Assembly (NCBI RefSeq): GCF_009914755.1
Contig: NC_060937.1
Source: the human T2T-CHM13v2.0 reference genome, Homo sapiens
Length of the DNA stretch: 64,000 bases
Reading direction: 5' to 3' (one strand)
The notes below the pieces were generated by a model. It was not told the DNA's origin and ran no database searches. It worked only from the letters and a program-made list of their open reading frames with translations. Shown here in pieces: positions 31,927-44,654 of the stretch (positions are counted from its first letter, which is position 1; each line of letters starts with the position of its first letter). A program made the position numbers and the translations under genes.

Positions 31927-34900
31927 TCATATTTTATGTACAGTATATAATGTATAGTTTGGGTACTTTGATATTTTATGTACACTATAGAATATATATC
32001 TGGTGTACTTTGATATTTTATGTACAGAATAAAATATATATTTGATGTACTTTCATATTTTATGTACAGTATATAATACATGCTTTGGGTACTTTGATAT
32101 TTTTTGTACAGTATAGAATATATACCTTGGGTAATTTGATATTTTATGTACAGTATATAATGTATGGTTTGTGAACTTTGATATTTCATGTAGAGTATAA
32201 AATATATATTTGGGGTACATTGATATTATATGTACAGTATATAATCTATATTTGATGTACTTTCATATTTTATGTACCAAATATATATTTGATGTAATTT
32301 CATATTTTATGTACAGTATATAATTTATAGTTTGTGTACTTTGTTATTTTATGTACACTATAGAATATATATCTGGTGTACTTTGATATTTTATGTACAG
32401 AAAAAAATATATATTTAATGTACTTTCATATTTTATATACAGTATATAATACATGCTTTGGATACTTTGATATTTTTTGTACAGTATAGAATACATACCT
32501 TGGGTACTTTGATATTTTATGTACAGTATATAATATATAGTTTGTGAACTTTGATATTTGATGTACAGTATAAAATATATATTTGGGGTACTTTGGCATT
32601 TAATGTACATTATATAATCTATATTTGATGTGCTTTCATATTTTATGTACCTAATATAATATATATTTGATGTAATTTCATATTTTATGTACAGTATATA
32701 ATTTATAGTTTGTGTACTTTGTTATTTTATGTACACTATAGAATACATATCTGGTGTACTTTGATATTTTATGTACAGAATAAAATATATATTTAATGTA
32801 TTTTCATATTTTGTATACAGTATATAATACATGCTTTGGGTACTTTGATATTTTTTGTACAGTATAGAATATATACCATGGGTACTTTGATATTTTATGT
32901 ACAGTATATAATATATAGTTTGTGAACTTTGATATTTTATGTAGAGAATATAATATATATTTGGGGTACTTTGATATTTTATGTACAGTATATAATCTAT
33001 ATCTGATGTACTTTCATATTTTATGTAGCTAATATTATATATATTTGATGTAATCTCATATTTTATGTACAGTATATAATGTATAGTTTGGGTACTTTGA
33101 TATTTTATGTACACTATAGAATATATATCTGGTGTACTTTGATATTTTATGTACAGAATAAAATATATATTTGATGTACTTTCATATTTTATGTACAGTA
33201 TATAATACATGCTTTGGGTACTTTGATATTTTTTGTACAGTATAGAATATATACCTTGGGTACTTTGATATTTTATGTACAGTATATAATATATAGTTTG
33301 TGAACTTTGATATTTGATGTACAGTATAAAATATATATTTGTGTTACTTTGGTATTTAATGTACAGTATATAATCTATATTTGATGTGCTTTCATATTTT
33401 ATGTACCTAATATAATATATATTTGATGTAATTTCATATTTTATGTACAGTATATAATACATGCTTTGGGTACTTTGATATTTTTTGTACAGTATAGAAT
33501 ATATATCTGGTGTACTTTGATGTTTTATGTACAGAATAAAATATATATTTGATGTACTTTCATATTTTATGTACAGTATATAATACATGCGTTGGGTACT
33601 TTGATATTTTTTGTACAGTATAGAATATATACCTTGGGTACTTTGATATTTTATGTACAGTATATAATATATGGTTTCTGAACTTTGATATTTCATGTAG
33701 AGTAAAAAATATATATTTGGGGTACATTGATATTATATGTACAGTATATAATCTATATTTGATGTACTTTCATATTTTATGTATCTAATATATATTTGAT
33801 GTAATTTCATATTTTACGTACAGTATATAATTTATACTTTGTGTACTTTGTTATTTTATGTACACTATAGAATATATATCTGGTGTACTTTGATATTTTA
33901 TGTACAGAATAAAATATATATTTAATGTATTTTCATATTTTATATACAGTATATAATGCATGCTTTGGGTACTTTGATATTTTTTGTACAGTATAGAATA
34001 TATACCTTGGGTACTTTGATATTTTATGTACAGTATATAATATATAGTTTGTGAACTTTGATATTTCATGTACAGTATAAAATATATATTTGGGGTACTT
34101 TGGTATTTAATGTACAGTATATAATCTATATTTGATGTACTTTCATATTTTATGTACCTAATATAAAATATATTTGATGTAATTTCATATTTTATGTACA
34201 GTATATAATATATAGTTTGTGAACTTTGATATTTCATGTAGAGTATATAATATATATTTGGGGTACTTTGATATTTTATATACAGTATATAATCTATATT
34301 TGATGTACATTCATATTTTATGTACCTAATATATATTTGATGTAATTTCATATTTTATGTACAGAATATAATGTATAGTTTCGGTACTTTGATATTTTAT
34401 GTACACTATAGAATATATATCTGGTGTACTTTGATATTTTATGTACAGAATAAAATATATATTCGATGTACTTTCATATTTTATGTACAGTATATAATAC
34501 ATGCTTTGGGTACTTTGATATTTTTTGTACAGTATAGAATATATACCTTGGGTACTTTGATATTTTATGTACAGTATATAATATATAGTTTGTGAACTTT
34601 GATATTTCATGTAGAGTATATAATATATATTTGGGGTACTTTGATATTTTATGTACAGTATATAATCTATATTTGATGTACATTCATATTTTATGTACCT
34701 AATATATATTTGATGTAATTTCATATTTTATGTATAGTATATAATGTATAGTTTGGGTACTTTGATATTTTATGTACACTATAGAATATAGATCTGGTGT
34801 ACTTTGATATTTTATGTACAGAATAAAATATATATTTGATGTACTTTCATATTTTATGTACAGTATATAATACATGCTTTGGGTACTTTGATATTTTTTG

Positions 34901-37900
34901 TAGAGTATAGAATATATACCTTGGGTACTTTGATATTTTATGTACAGTATATAATATATAGTTTGTGAACTTTGATATTTCATGTAGAGTATATAATATA
35001 TAGTTTGTGAACTTTGATATTTCATGTAGAGTATATAATATATATTTGGGGTACTTTGATATTTAATGTACAGTATATAATCTATATTTGATGTACTTTC
35101 ATATTTTATGTACCTAATATAAAATATATTTGATGTAATTTCATATTTTATGTACAGTATATAATATATAGTTTGTGAACTTTGATATTTCATGTACAGT
35201 ATAAAATATATATTTGGGGTACTTTGGTATTTAATGTACAGTATATAATCTATATTTGATGTACTTTCATATTTTATGTACAGTATATAATACATGCTTT
35301 GGGTACTTTGATATTTTTTGTACAGTATAGAATATATACCTTGGGTACTTTGATATTTTATGTACAGTATATAATATATGGTTTGTGAACTTTGATATTT
35401 CATGTAGAGTATAAAATATATATTTGGGTTACATTGATATTATATGTACAGTATATAATCTATATTTGATATACTTTTATATTTTATGTACCTAATATAT
35501 ATTTGATGTAATTTCATATTTTATGTACAGTATATAATTTATAGTTTGTGTACTTTGTTATTTTATGTACACTATAGAATATATATCTGGTGTACTTTGA
35601 TATATTATGTACAGAATAAAATATATATTTGATGTATATTCATATTTTATGTACAGTATATAATACATGCTTTGGGTACTTTGATATTTTTTGTACAGTA
35701 TAGAATATATACCTTGGGTACTTTGATATTTTATGTACAGTATATAATATATAGTTTGTGAACTTTGATATTTCATGTACAGTATATAATATATATTTGG
35801 GGTACTTTGATATTTTATGTACAGTATATAATCTATATTTGATGTACTTTCATATTTTATGTACCTAATATATATTTGATGTAATTTCATATTTTATGTA
35901 CAGTATATAATTTATAGTTTGTGTACTTTGTTATTTTATGTACACTATAGAATATATATCTGGTGTACTTTGATATTTTATGTACAGAATAAAATATATA
36001 TTTGATGTACTTTCATATTTTATGTACAGTATATAATACATGCTTTGGGTACTTTGATATTTTTTGTACAGTATAGAATATATACCTTGGGTACTTTGAT
36101 ATTTTATGTATAGTATATAATATATAGTTTGTGAACTTTGATATTTCATGTAGAGTATATAATATATATTTGGGTACTTTGTTATTTAATGTACAGTATA
36201 TAATCTATATTTGATGTACTTTCATATTTTATGTACCTAATATATATTTGATGTAATTTCATATTTTATGTACAGTATATAATGTATAGTTTGGGTACTT
36301 TGATATTTTATGTACACTATAGAATATATATCTGGTGTACTTTGATATTTTATGTACAGAATAAAATATATATTTGATGTACTTTCATATTTTATGTACA
36401 GTATATAATACATGCTTTGGGTACTTTGATATTTTTTGTACAGTATAGAATATATACCTTGGGTAATTTGATATTTTATGTACAGTATATAATGTATGGT
36501 TTGTGAACTTTGATATTTCATGTAGAGTATAAAATATATATTTGGGGTACATTGATATTATATGTACAGTATATAATCTATATTTGATGTACTTTCATAT
36601 TTTATGTACCAAATATATATTTGATGTAATTTCATATTTTATGTACAGTATATAATTTATAGTTTGTGTACTTTGTTATTTTATGTACACTATAGAATAT
36701 ATATCTGGTGTACTTTGATATTTTATGTACAGAAAAAAATATATATTTAATGTACTTTCATATTTTATATACAGTATATAATACATGCTTTGGATACTTT
36801 GATATTTTTTGTACAGTATAGAATACATACCTTGGGTACTTTGATATTTTATGTACAGTATATAATATATAGTTTGTGAACTTTGATATTTGATGTACAG
36901 TATAAAATATATATTTGGGGTACTTTGGCATTTAATGTACATTATATAATCTATATTTGATGTGCTTTCATATTTTATGTACCTAATATAATATATATTT
37001 GATGTAATTTCATATTTTATGTACAGTATATAATTTATAGTTTGTGTACTTTGTTATTTTATGTACACTATAGAATACATATCTGGTGTACTTTGATATT
37101 TTATGTACAGAATAAAATATATATTTAATGTATTTTCATATTTTGTATACAGTATATAATACATGCTTTGGGTACTTTGATATTTTTTGTACAGTATAGA
37201 ATATATACCATGGGTACTTTGATATTTTATGTACAGTATATAATATATAGTTTGTGAACTTTGATATTTTATGTAGAGAATATAATATATATTTGGGGTA
37301 CTTTGATATTTTATGTACAGTATATAATCTATATCTGATGTACTTTCATATTTTATGTAGCTAATATTATATATATTTGATGTAATCTCATATTTTATGT
37401 ACAGTATATAATGTATAGTTTGGGTACTTTGATATTTTATGTACACTATAGAATATATATCTGGTGTACTTTGATATTTTATGTATAGAATAAAATATAT
37501 ATTTGATGTACTTTCATATTTTATGTACAGTATATAATACATGCTTTGGGTACTTTGATATTTTTTGTACAGTATAGAATATATACCTTGGGTACTTTGA
37601 TATTTTATGTACAGTATATAATATATAGTTTGTGAACTTTGATATTTGATGTACAGTATAAAATATATATTTGTGTTACTTTGGTATTTAATGTACAGTA
37701 TATAATCTATATTTGATGTGCTTTCATATTTTATGTACCTAATATAATATATATTTGATGTAATTTCATATTTTATGTACAGTATATAATACATGCTTTG
37801 GGTACTTTGATATTTTTTGTACAGTATAGAATATATATCTGGTGTACTTTGATGTTTTATGTACAGAATAAAATATATATTTGATGTACTTTCATATTTT

Positions 37901-38362
37901 ATGTACAGTATATAATACATGCGTTGGGTACTTTGATATTTTTTGTACAGTATAGAATATATACCTTGGGTACTTTGATATTTTATGTACAGTATATAAT
38001 ATATGGTTTCTGAACTTTGATATTTCATGTAGAGTAAAAAATATATATTTGGGGTACATTGATATTATATGTACAGTATATAATCTATATTTGATGTACT
38101 TTCATATTTTATGTATCTAATATATATTTGATGTAATTTCATATTTTACGTACAGTATATAATTTATACTTTGTGTACTTTGTTATTTTATGTACACTAT
38201 AGAATATATATCTGGTGTACTTTGATATTTTATGTACAGAATAAAATATATATTTAATGTATTTTCATATTTTATATACAGTATATAATGCATGCTTTGG
38301 GTACTTTGATATTTTTTGTACAGTATAGAATATATACCTTGGGTACTTTGATATTTTATGTA
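31927..38362 (-). repeat. ~2.1-kb block duplicated at offset 4332 (approx. 31927-34030 and 36259-38362)
   Basis: Identical ORFs 32344/36676 and 32722/37054; markers gtaccaaatat, agaaaaaaat, ctttggcattt, ataccatggg, atgtagctaat and catgcgttggg are shared. Confidence 0.88.
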
Positions 38363-41300
38363 CATTATATCATATATAGTTTGTGAACTTTGATATTTCA
38401 TGTAGAGTATATAATATATATTTGGGGTACTTTGATATTTTATGTACAGTATATAATCTATATCTGATGAACTTTCATATTTTATGTACCTAATATAATA
38501 TATATTTGATGTAATCTCATATTTTATGTACAGTATATAATGTATAGTTTGGGTACTTTGATATTTTATATACACTATAGAATATATATCTGGTGTACTT
38601 TGATATATTATGTACAGAATAAAATATATATTTGATGTACTTTCATATTTTATGTACAGTATATAATACATGCTTTGGGTACTTTGATATTTTTTGTATA
38701 GTATAGAATATATACCTTGGGTACATTGATATTTTATGTACAGTATATAATATATGGTTTGTGAACTTTGATATTTCATGTAGAGTATAAAATATATATT
38801 TGGGGTACATTGATATTATATGTACAGTATATAATCTATATTTGATGTACTTTCATATTTTATGAACCTAATATATATTTGATGTAATTTCATATTTTAT
38901 GTACAGTATATAATTTATAGTTTGTGTACTTTGTTATTTTATGTACACTATAGAATATATATCTGGTGTACTTTGATATTTTATGTACAGAATAAAATAT
39001 ATATTTGATGTACTTTCATATTTTATGTACAGTATATAATACATGCTTTGGGTACTTTGATATTTTATGTACACTATAGAAAATATGTCTGGTGTACTTT
39101 GATATTTTTTGTCCAGAATAAAATATATATTTGATGTAGTTTCATATTTTATGTACAGTATATAATACATGCTTTGGGTACTTTGATATTTTTTGTACTG
39201 TATAGAATATATACCTTGGGTACTTTGATATTTTATGTACAGTATATAATATATGGTTTGTGAACTTTGATATTTCATGTAGAGTATAAAATATATATTT
39301 GGGGTATATTGATATTTTATGTACAGTATATAATCTATATTTGATGTACTTTCATATTTTATGTACCTAATATATATTTGATGTAATTTCATATTTTATG
39401 TACAGTATATAATTTATAGTTTGTGTACTTTGTTATTATATGTACACTATAGAATATATATCTGGTGTACTTTGATATTTTATGTACAGAATAAAATATA
39501 TATTTGATGTACTTTCATATTTTATATACAGTATATAATACATGCTTTGGGTACTTTGATATTTTTTGTATAGTATAGAATATATACCTTGGTACTTTGA
39601 TATTTTATGTACAGTATATAATATATGGTTTGTGAACTTTGATATTTCATGTAGAGTATAAAATATATATTTGGGGTACATTGATATTTTATGTACAGTA
39701 TATAATCTATATTTGATGTACTTTCATATTTTATGTACCTAATATATATTTGATGAAATTTCATATTTTATGTACAGTATATAATTTATAGTTTGTGTAC
39801 TTTGTTATTTTATGTACACAATAGAATATATATCTGGTGTACTTTGATATTTTATGTACAGAATAAAATATATATTTGATGTACTTTCATATTTTATGTA
39901 CAGTATATAATACATGCTTTGGGTACTTTGATATTTTTTGTACAGTATAGAATATATACCTTGGGTACTTTGATATTTTATGTACAGTATATAATATATA
40001 GTTTGTGAACTTTGATATTTCATGTACAGTATATAATATATATTTGGGGTACTTTGATATTTTATGTACAGTATATAATCTATATTTGATAAACTTTCAT
40101 ATTTTATGTACCTAATATATATTTGATGTAATTTCATATTTTATGTACAGTATATAATTTATAGTTTGTGTACTTTGTTATTTTATGTACACTATAGAAT
40201 ATATATCTGGTGTACTTTGATATTTTATGTACAGAATAAAATATATATTTGATGTACTTTCATATTTTATGTACAGTATATAATACATGCTTTGGGTACT
40301 TTGATATTTTTTGTACAGTATAGAATATATACCTTGGGTATTTTGATATTTTATGTACAGTATATAATATATAGTTTGTGAACTTTGATATTTCATGTAG
40401 AGTATATAATATATATTTGGGGTACTTTGATATTTTATGTACAGTATATAATCTATATTTGATGTACTTTCATATTTTATGAACCTAATATATATTTGAT
40501 GTAATTTCATATTTTATGTACAGTATATAATGTATAGTTTGGGTACTTTGATATTTTATGTACACTGTAGAATATATATCTGGTGTACTTTGATATTTTA
40601 TGTACAGAATAAAATATATATTTGATGTACTTTCATATTTTATGTACAGTATATAATACATGCTTTGGGTACTTTGATATTTTTTGTACAGTATAGAATA
40701 TATACCTTGGGTACCTTGATATTTTATGTACAGTATATAATATATGGTTTGTGAACTTTGATATTTCATGTAGAGTATAAAATATATATTTGGGGTACAT
40801 TGACATTTTATGTACAGTATATAATCTATATTTGATGTACATTCATATTTTATGTACCTAATATATATTTGATGTAATTTCATATTTTATGTACAGTATA
40901 TAATTTATAGTTTGTGTACTTTGTTATTTTATGTACACTATAGAATATATATCTGGTGTACTTTGATGTTTTATGTACAGAATAAAATATATATTTGATG
41001 TACTTTCATATTTTATGTACAGTATATAATACATGCTTTGGGTACTTTCATATTTTTTGTACAGTATAGAATATATACCTTGGGTACTTTGATATTTTAT
41101 GTACAGTATATAATATATAGTTTGTGAACTTTGATATTTCATGTAGAGTATATAATATATATTTGGGGTACTTTGATATTTTATGTACAGTATATAATCT
41201 ATATTTGATGTACTTTCATATTTTATGTACCTAATATATATTTGATGTAATTTCATATTTTATGTACAGTATATAATGTATAGTTTGGGTACTTTGATAT

Positions 41301-41589
41301 TTTATGTACACTATAGAATATATATCTGGTGTACTTTGATATTTTATGTACAGAATAAAATATATATTTGATGTACTTTCATATTTTATGTACAGTATAT
41401 AATACATGCTTTGGGTACTTTGATATTTTTTCTACAGTATAGAATATATACCTTGGGTAATTTGATATTTTATGTACAGTATATAATGTATGGTTTGTGA
41501 ACTTTGATATTTCATGTAGAGTATAAAATATATATTTGGGGTACATTGATATTATATGTACGGTATATAATCTATATTTGATGTACTTT

Positions 41590-44150
41590 CATATTTTAGG
41601 TACCTAATATAAAATATATTTGATGTAATTTCATATTTTATTTACAGTATATAATGTATAGTTTGGGTACTTTGATATTTTATGTACACTATAGAATATA
41701 TATCTGGTGTACTTTGATATTTTATGAACAGAATAAAATATATATTTGATGTACTTTCATATTTTATGTTCAGTATATAATACATGCTTTGGGTACTTTG
41801 ATATTTTTTGTACAGTATAGAATACATACTTTAGGTACTTTGATATTTTATGTACAGTATACAATATATTTTTTGTGAACTTTGATATTTCATGTAGAGT
41901 ATAAGATATATATTTGGGGTACATTGATAATTTATGTACAGTATATAATCTATATTTGAAGTACTTTCATATTTTATGTACCTAATATATATTTGATGTA
42001 ATTTCATATTTTATGTACAGTATATAATTTATAGTTTGTGTACTTTGTTATTTTATGTACACGATAGAATATATATCTGGTGTACTTTGATATTTTATGT
42101 ACAGAATAAAATGTATATTTAATGTATTTTCATATTTTATATACAGTATATAATGCATGCTTTGGGTACTTTGATATTTTTTATACAGTATAGAATATAT
42201 ACCTTGGGTACTTTGATATTTTATGTACATTATATAATATATAGTTTGTGAACTTTGATATTTCATGTAGAGTATATAATATATATTTGGGGTACTTTGA
42301 TATTTTATGTACAGTATATAATCTATATCTGATGTACTTTCATATTTTATGTACCTAATATAATATATATTTGATGTAATCTCATATTTTATGTACAGTA
42401 TATAATGTATAGTTTGGGTACTTTGATATTTTATGTACACTATAGAATATATATCTGGTGTACTTTGATATATTATGTACAGAATAAAATATATATTTGA
42501 TGAACTTTCATATTTTAGGTACAGTATATAATACATGCTTTGGGTACTTTGATATTTTTTGTATAGTATAGAATATATACCTTGGGTACTTTGATATTTT
42601 ATGTACAGTATATAATATATAGTTTGTGAACTTTGATATTTCATGTAGAGTATAAAATATATATTTGGGGTACATTGATATTTTATGTACAGTATATAAT
42701 CTATATTTGATGTACTTTCATATTTTATGTACCTAATATATATTTGATGTAATTTCATATTTTATGTACAGTATATAATTTATAGTTTGGGTACTTTGAT
42801 ATTTTATGTACACTTTAGAATATATATCTGGTGTACTTTGATATTTTATGTACAGAATAAAATATATATTTGATGTACTTTCATATTTTATGTACAGTAT
42901 ATAATACATGCTTTGGGTACTTTGATATTTTTTGTAGAGTATAGAATATATACCTTGGGTACTTTGATAATTTATGTACAGTATATAATATATAGATTGT
43001 GAACTTTGATATTTCATGTGCAGTATAAAATATATATTTGGGGTACTTTGGTATTTAATGTACAGTATATAATCTATATTTGATGTACTTTCATATTTTA
43101 GGTACCTAATATAAAATATATTTGATGTAATTTCATATTTTATTTACAGTATATAATGTATAGTTTGGGTACTTTGATATTTTATGTACACTATAGAATA
43201 TATATCTGGTGTACTTTGATATTTTATGTACAGAATAAAATATATATTTGATGTACTTTCATATTTTATGTTCAGTATATAATACATGCTTTGGGTACTT
43301 TGACATTTTTTGTACAGTATAGAATACATACCTTAGGTACTTTGATATTTTATGTACAGTATACAATATATTTTTTGTGAACTTTGATATTTCATGTAGA
43401 GTATAAGATATATATTTGGGGTACATTGATATGTTATGTACAGTATATAATCTATATTTGAAGTACTTTCATATTTTATGTACCTAATATATATTTGATG
43501 TAATTTCATATTTTATGTACAGTATATAATTTATAGTTTGTGTACTTTGTTATTTTATGTACACTATAGAATATATATCTGGTGTACTTTGATATTTTAT
43601 GTACAGAATAAAATATATATTTAATGTATTTTCATATTTTATATACAGTATATAATGCATGCTTTGGGTACTTTGATATTTTTTATACAGTATAGAATAT
43701 ATACCTTGGGTACTTTGTTATTTTATGTACATTATATAATATATAGTTTGTGAACTTTGATATTTCATGTAGAGTATATAATATATATTTGGGGTACTTT
43801 GATATTTTATGTACAGTATATAATCTATATCTGATGTACTTTCATATTTTATGTACCTAATATAATATATATTTGATATAATCTCATATTTTATGTACAG
43901 TATATAATGTATAGTTTGGGTACTTTGATATTTTATGTACACTATAGAATATATATCTGGTGTACTTTGATATATTATGTACAGAATAAAATATATATTT
44001 GATGTACTTTCATATTTTATGTACAGTATATAATACATGCTTTGGGTACTTTGATATTTTTTGTACAGTATAGAATATATACCTTGGGTACTTTGATATT
44101 TTATGTACAGTATATAATATATAGTTTGTGAACTTTGATATTTCATGTAG
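41590..44150 (-). repeat. Tandem duplication with 1502-bp period (2x378 + 2x373)
   Basis: ORFs 41642/43144; markers ttaggtactt, tacaatatattttttgtgaac, gtataagatat and tttgaagtac repeat at +1502. Confidence 0.8.
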
Positions 44151-44650
44151 AGTATATAATATATATTTGGGGTACTTTGATATTTTATGTACAGTATATA
44201 ATCTATATTTGATGTACTTTCATATTTTATGTACCTAATATAAAATATATTTGATGTAATTTCATATTTTATTTACAGTATATAATGTACAGTTTGGGTA
44301 CTTTGATATTTTATGTACACTATAGAATATATATCTGGTGTACTTTGATATTTTATGTACAGAATAAAATATATATTTGATGTACATTCATATTTTAGGT
44401 ACAGTATATAATACATGCTTTTGGTACTTTGTTATTTTTTGTACAGTATAGAATATATACCTTGGGTACTTTGATATTATATGTACAGTATATAATATAT
44501 AGTTTGTGAACTTTGATATTTCATGTACAGTATAAAATATATATTTGGGGTACTTTGGTATTTAATGTACAGTATATAATCTATATTTGATGTACTTTCA
44601 TATTTTATGTACCTAATATAAAATATATTTGATGTAATTTCATATTTTAT

Positions 44651-44654
44651 GTAC
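44651..44654. other. Inversion (strand-switch) junction with 4-bp GTAC microhomology
   Basis: ...gatgtaatttcatattttat[GTAC]cccaattacatattatatactgtacatgaaa...: the left context predicts GTACag, the right context is m8 (aa)GTACcccaa; only GTAC is shared. Confidence 0.93.

Larger units (their letters stand above)
1..44654 (-). repeat. Left arm of array, T-rich strand on top (A-rich strand on minus)
   Basis: Motifs read gtactttgatattttatgtacagtatataat on +; long satellite ORFs are on the minus strand; monomer m4 carries atatctggtgtac (PD variant) throughout. Confidence 0.95.
31921..44654 (-). repeat. 9-mer domain mixing 373-bp and 378-bp HORs
   Basis: ORF ends at 40137, 40510, 40883, 41256 and 34351, 34724 are spaced 373 bp; the cctaatatatatttg deletion allele is frequent; catgtagagtat variant present. 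Confidence 0.88.
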
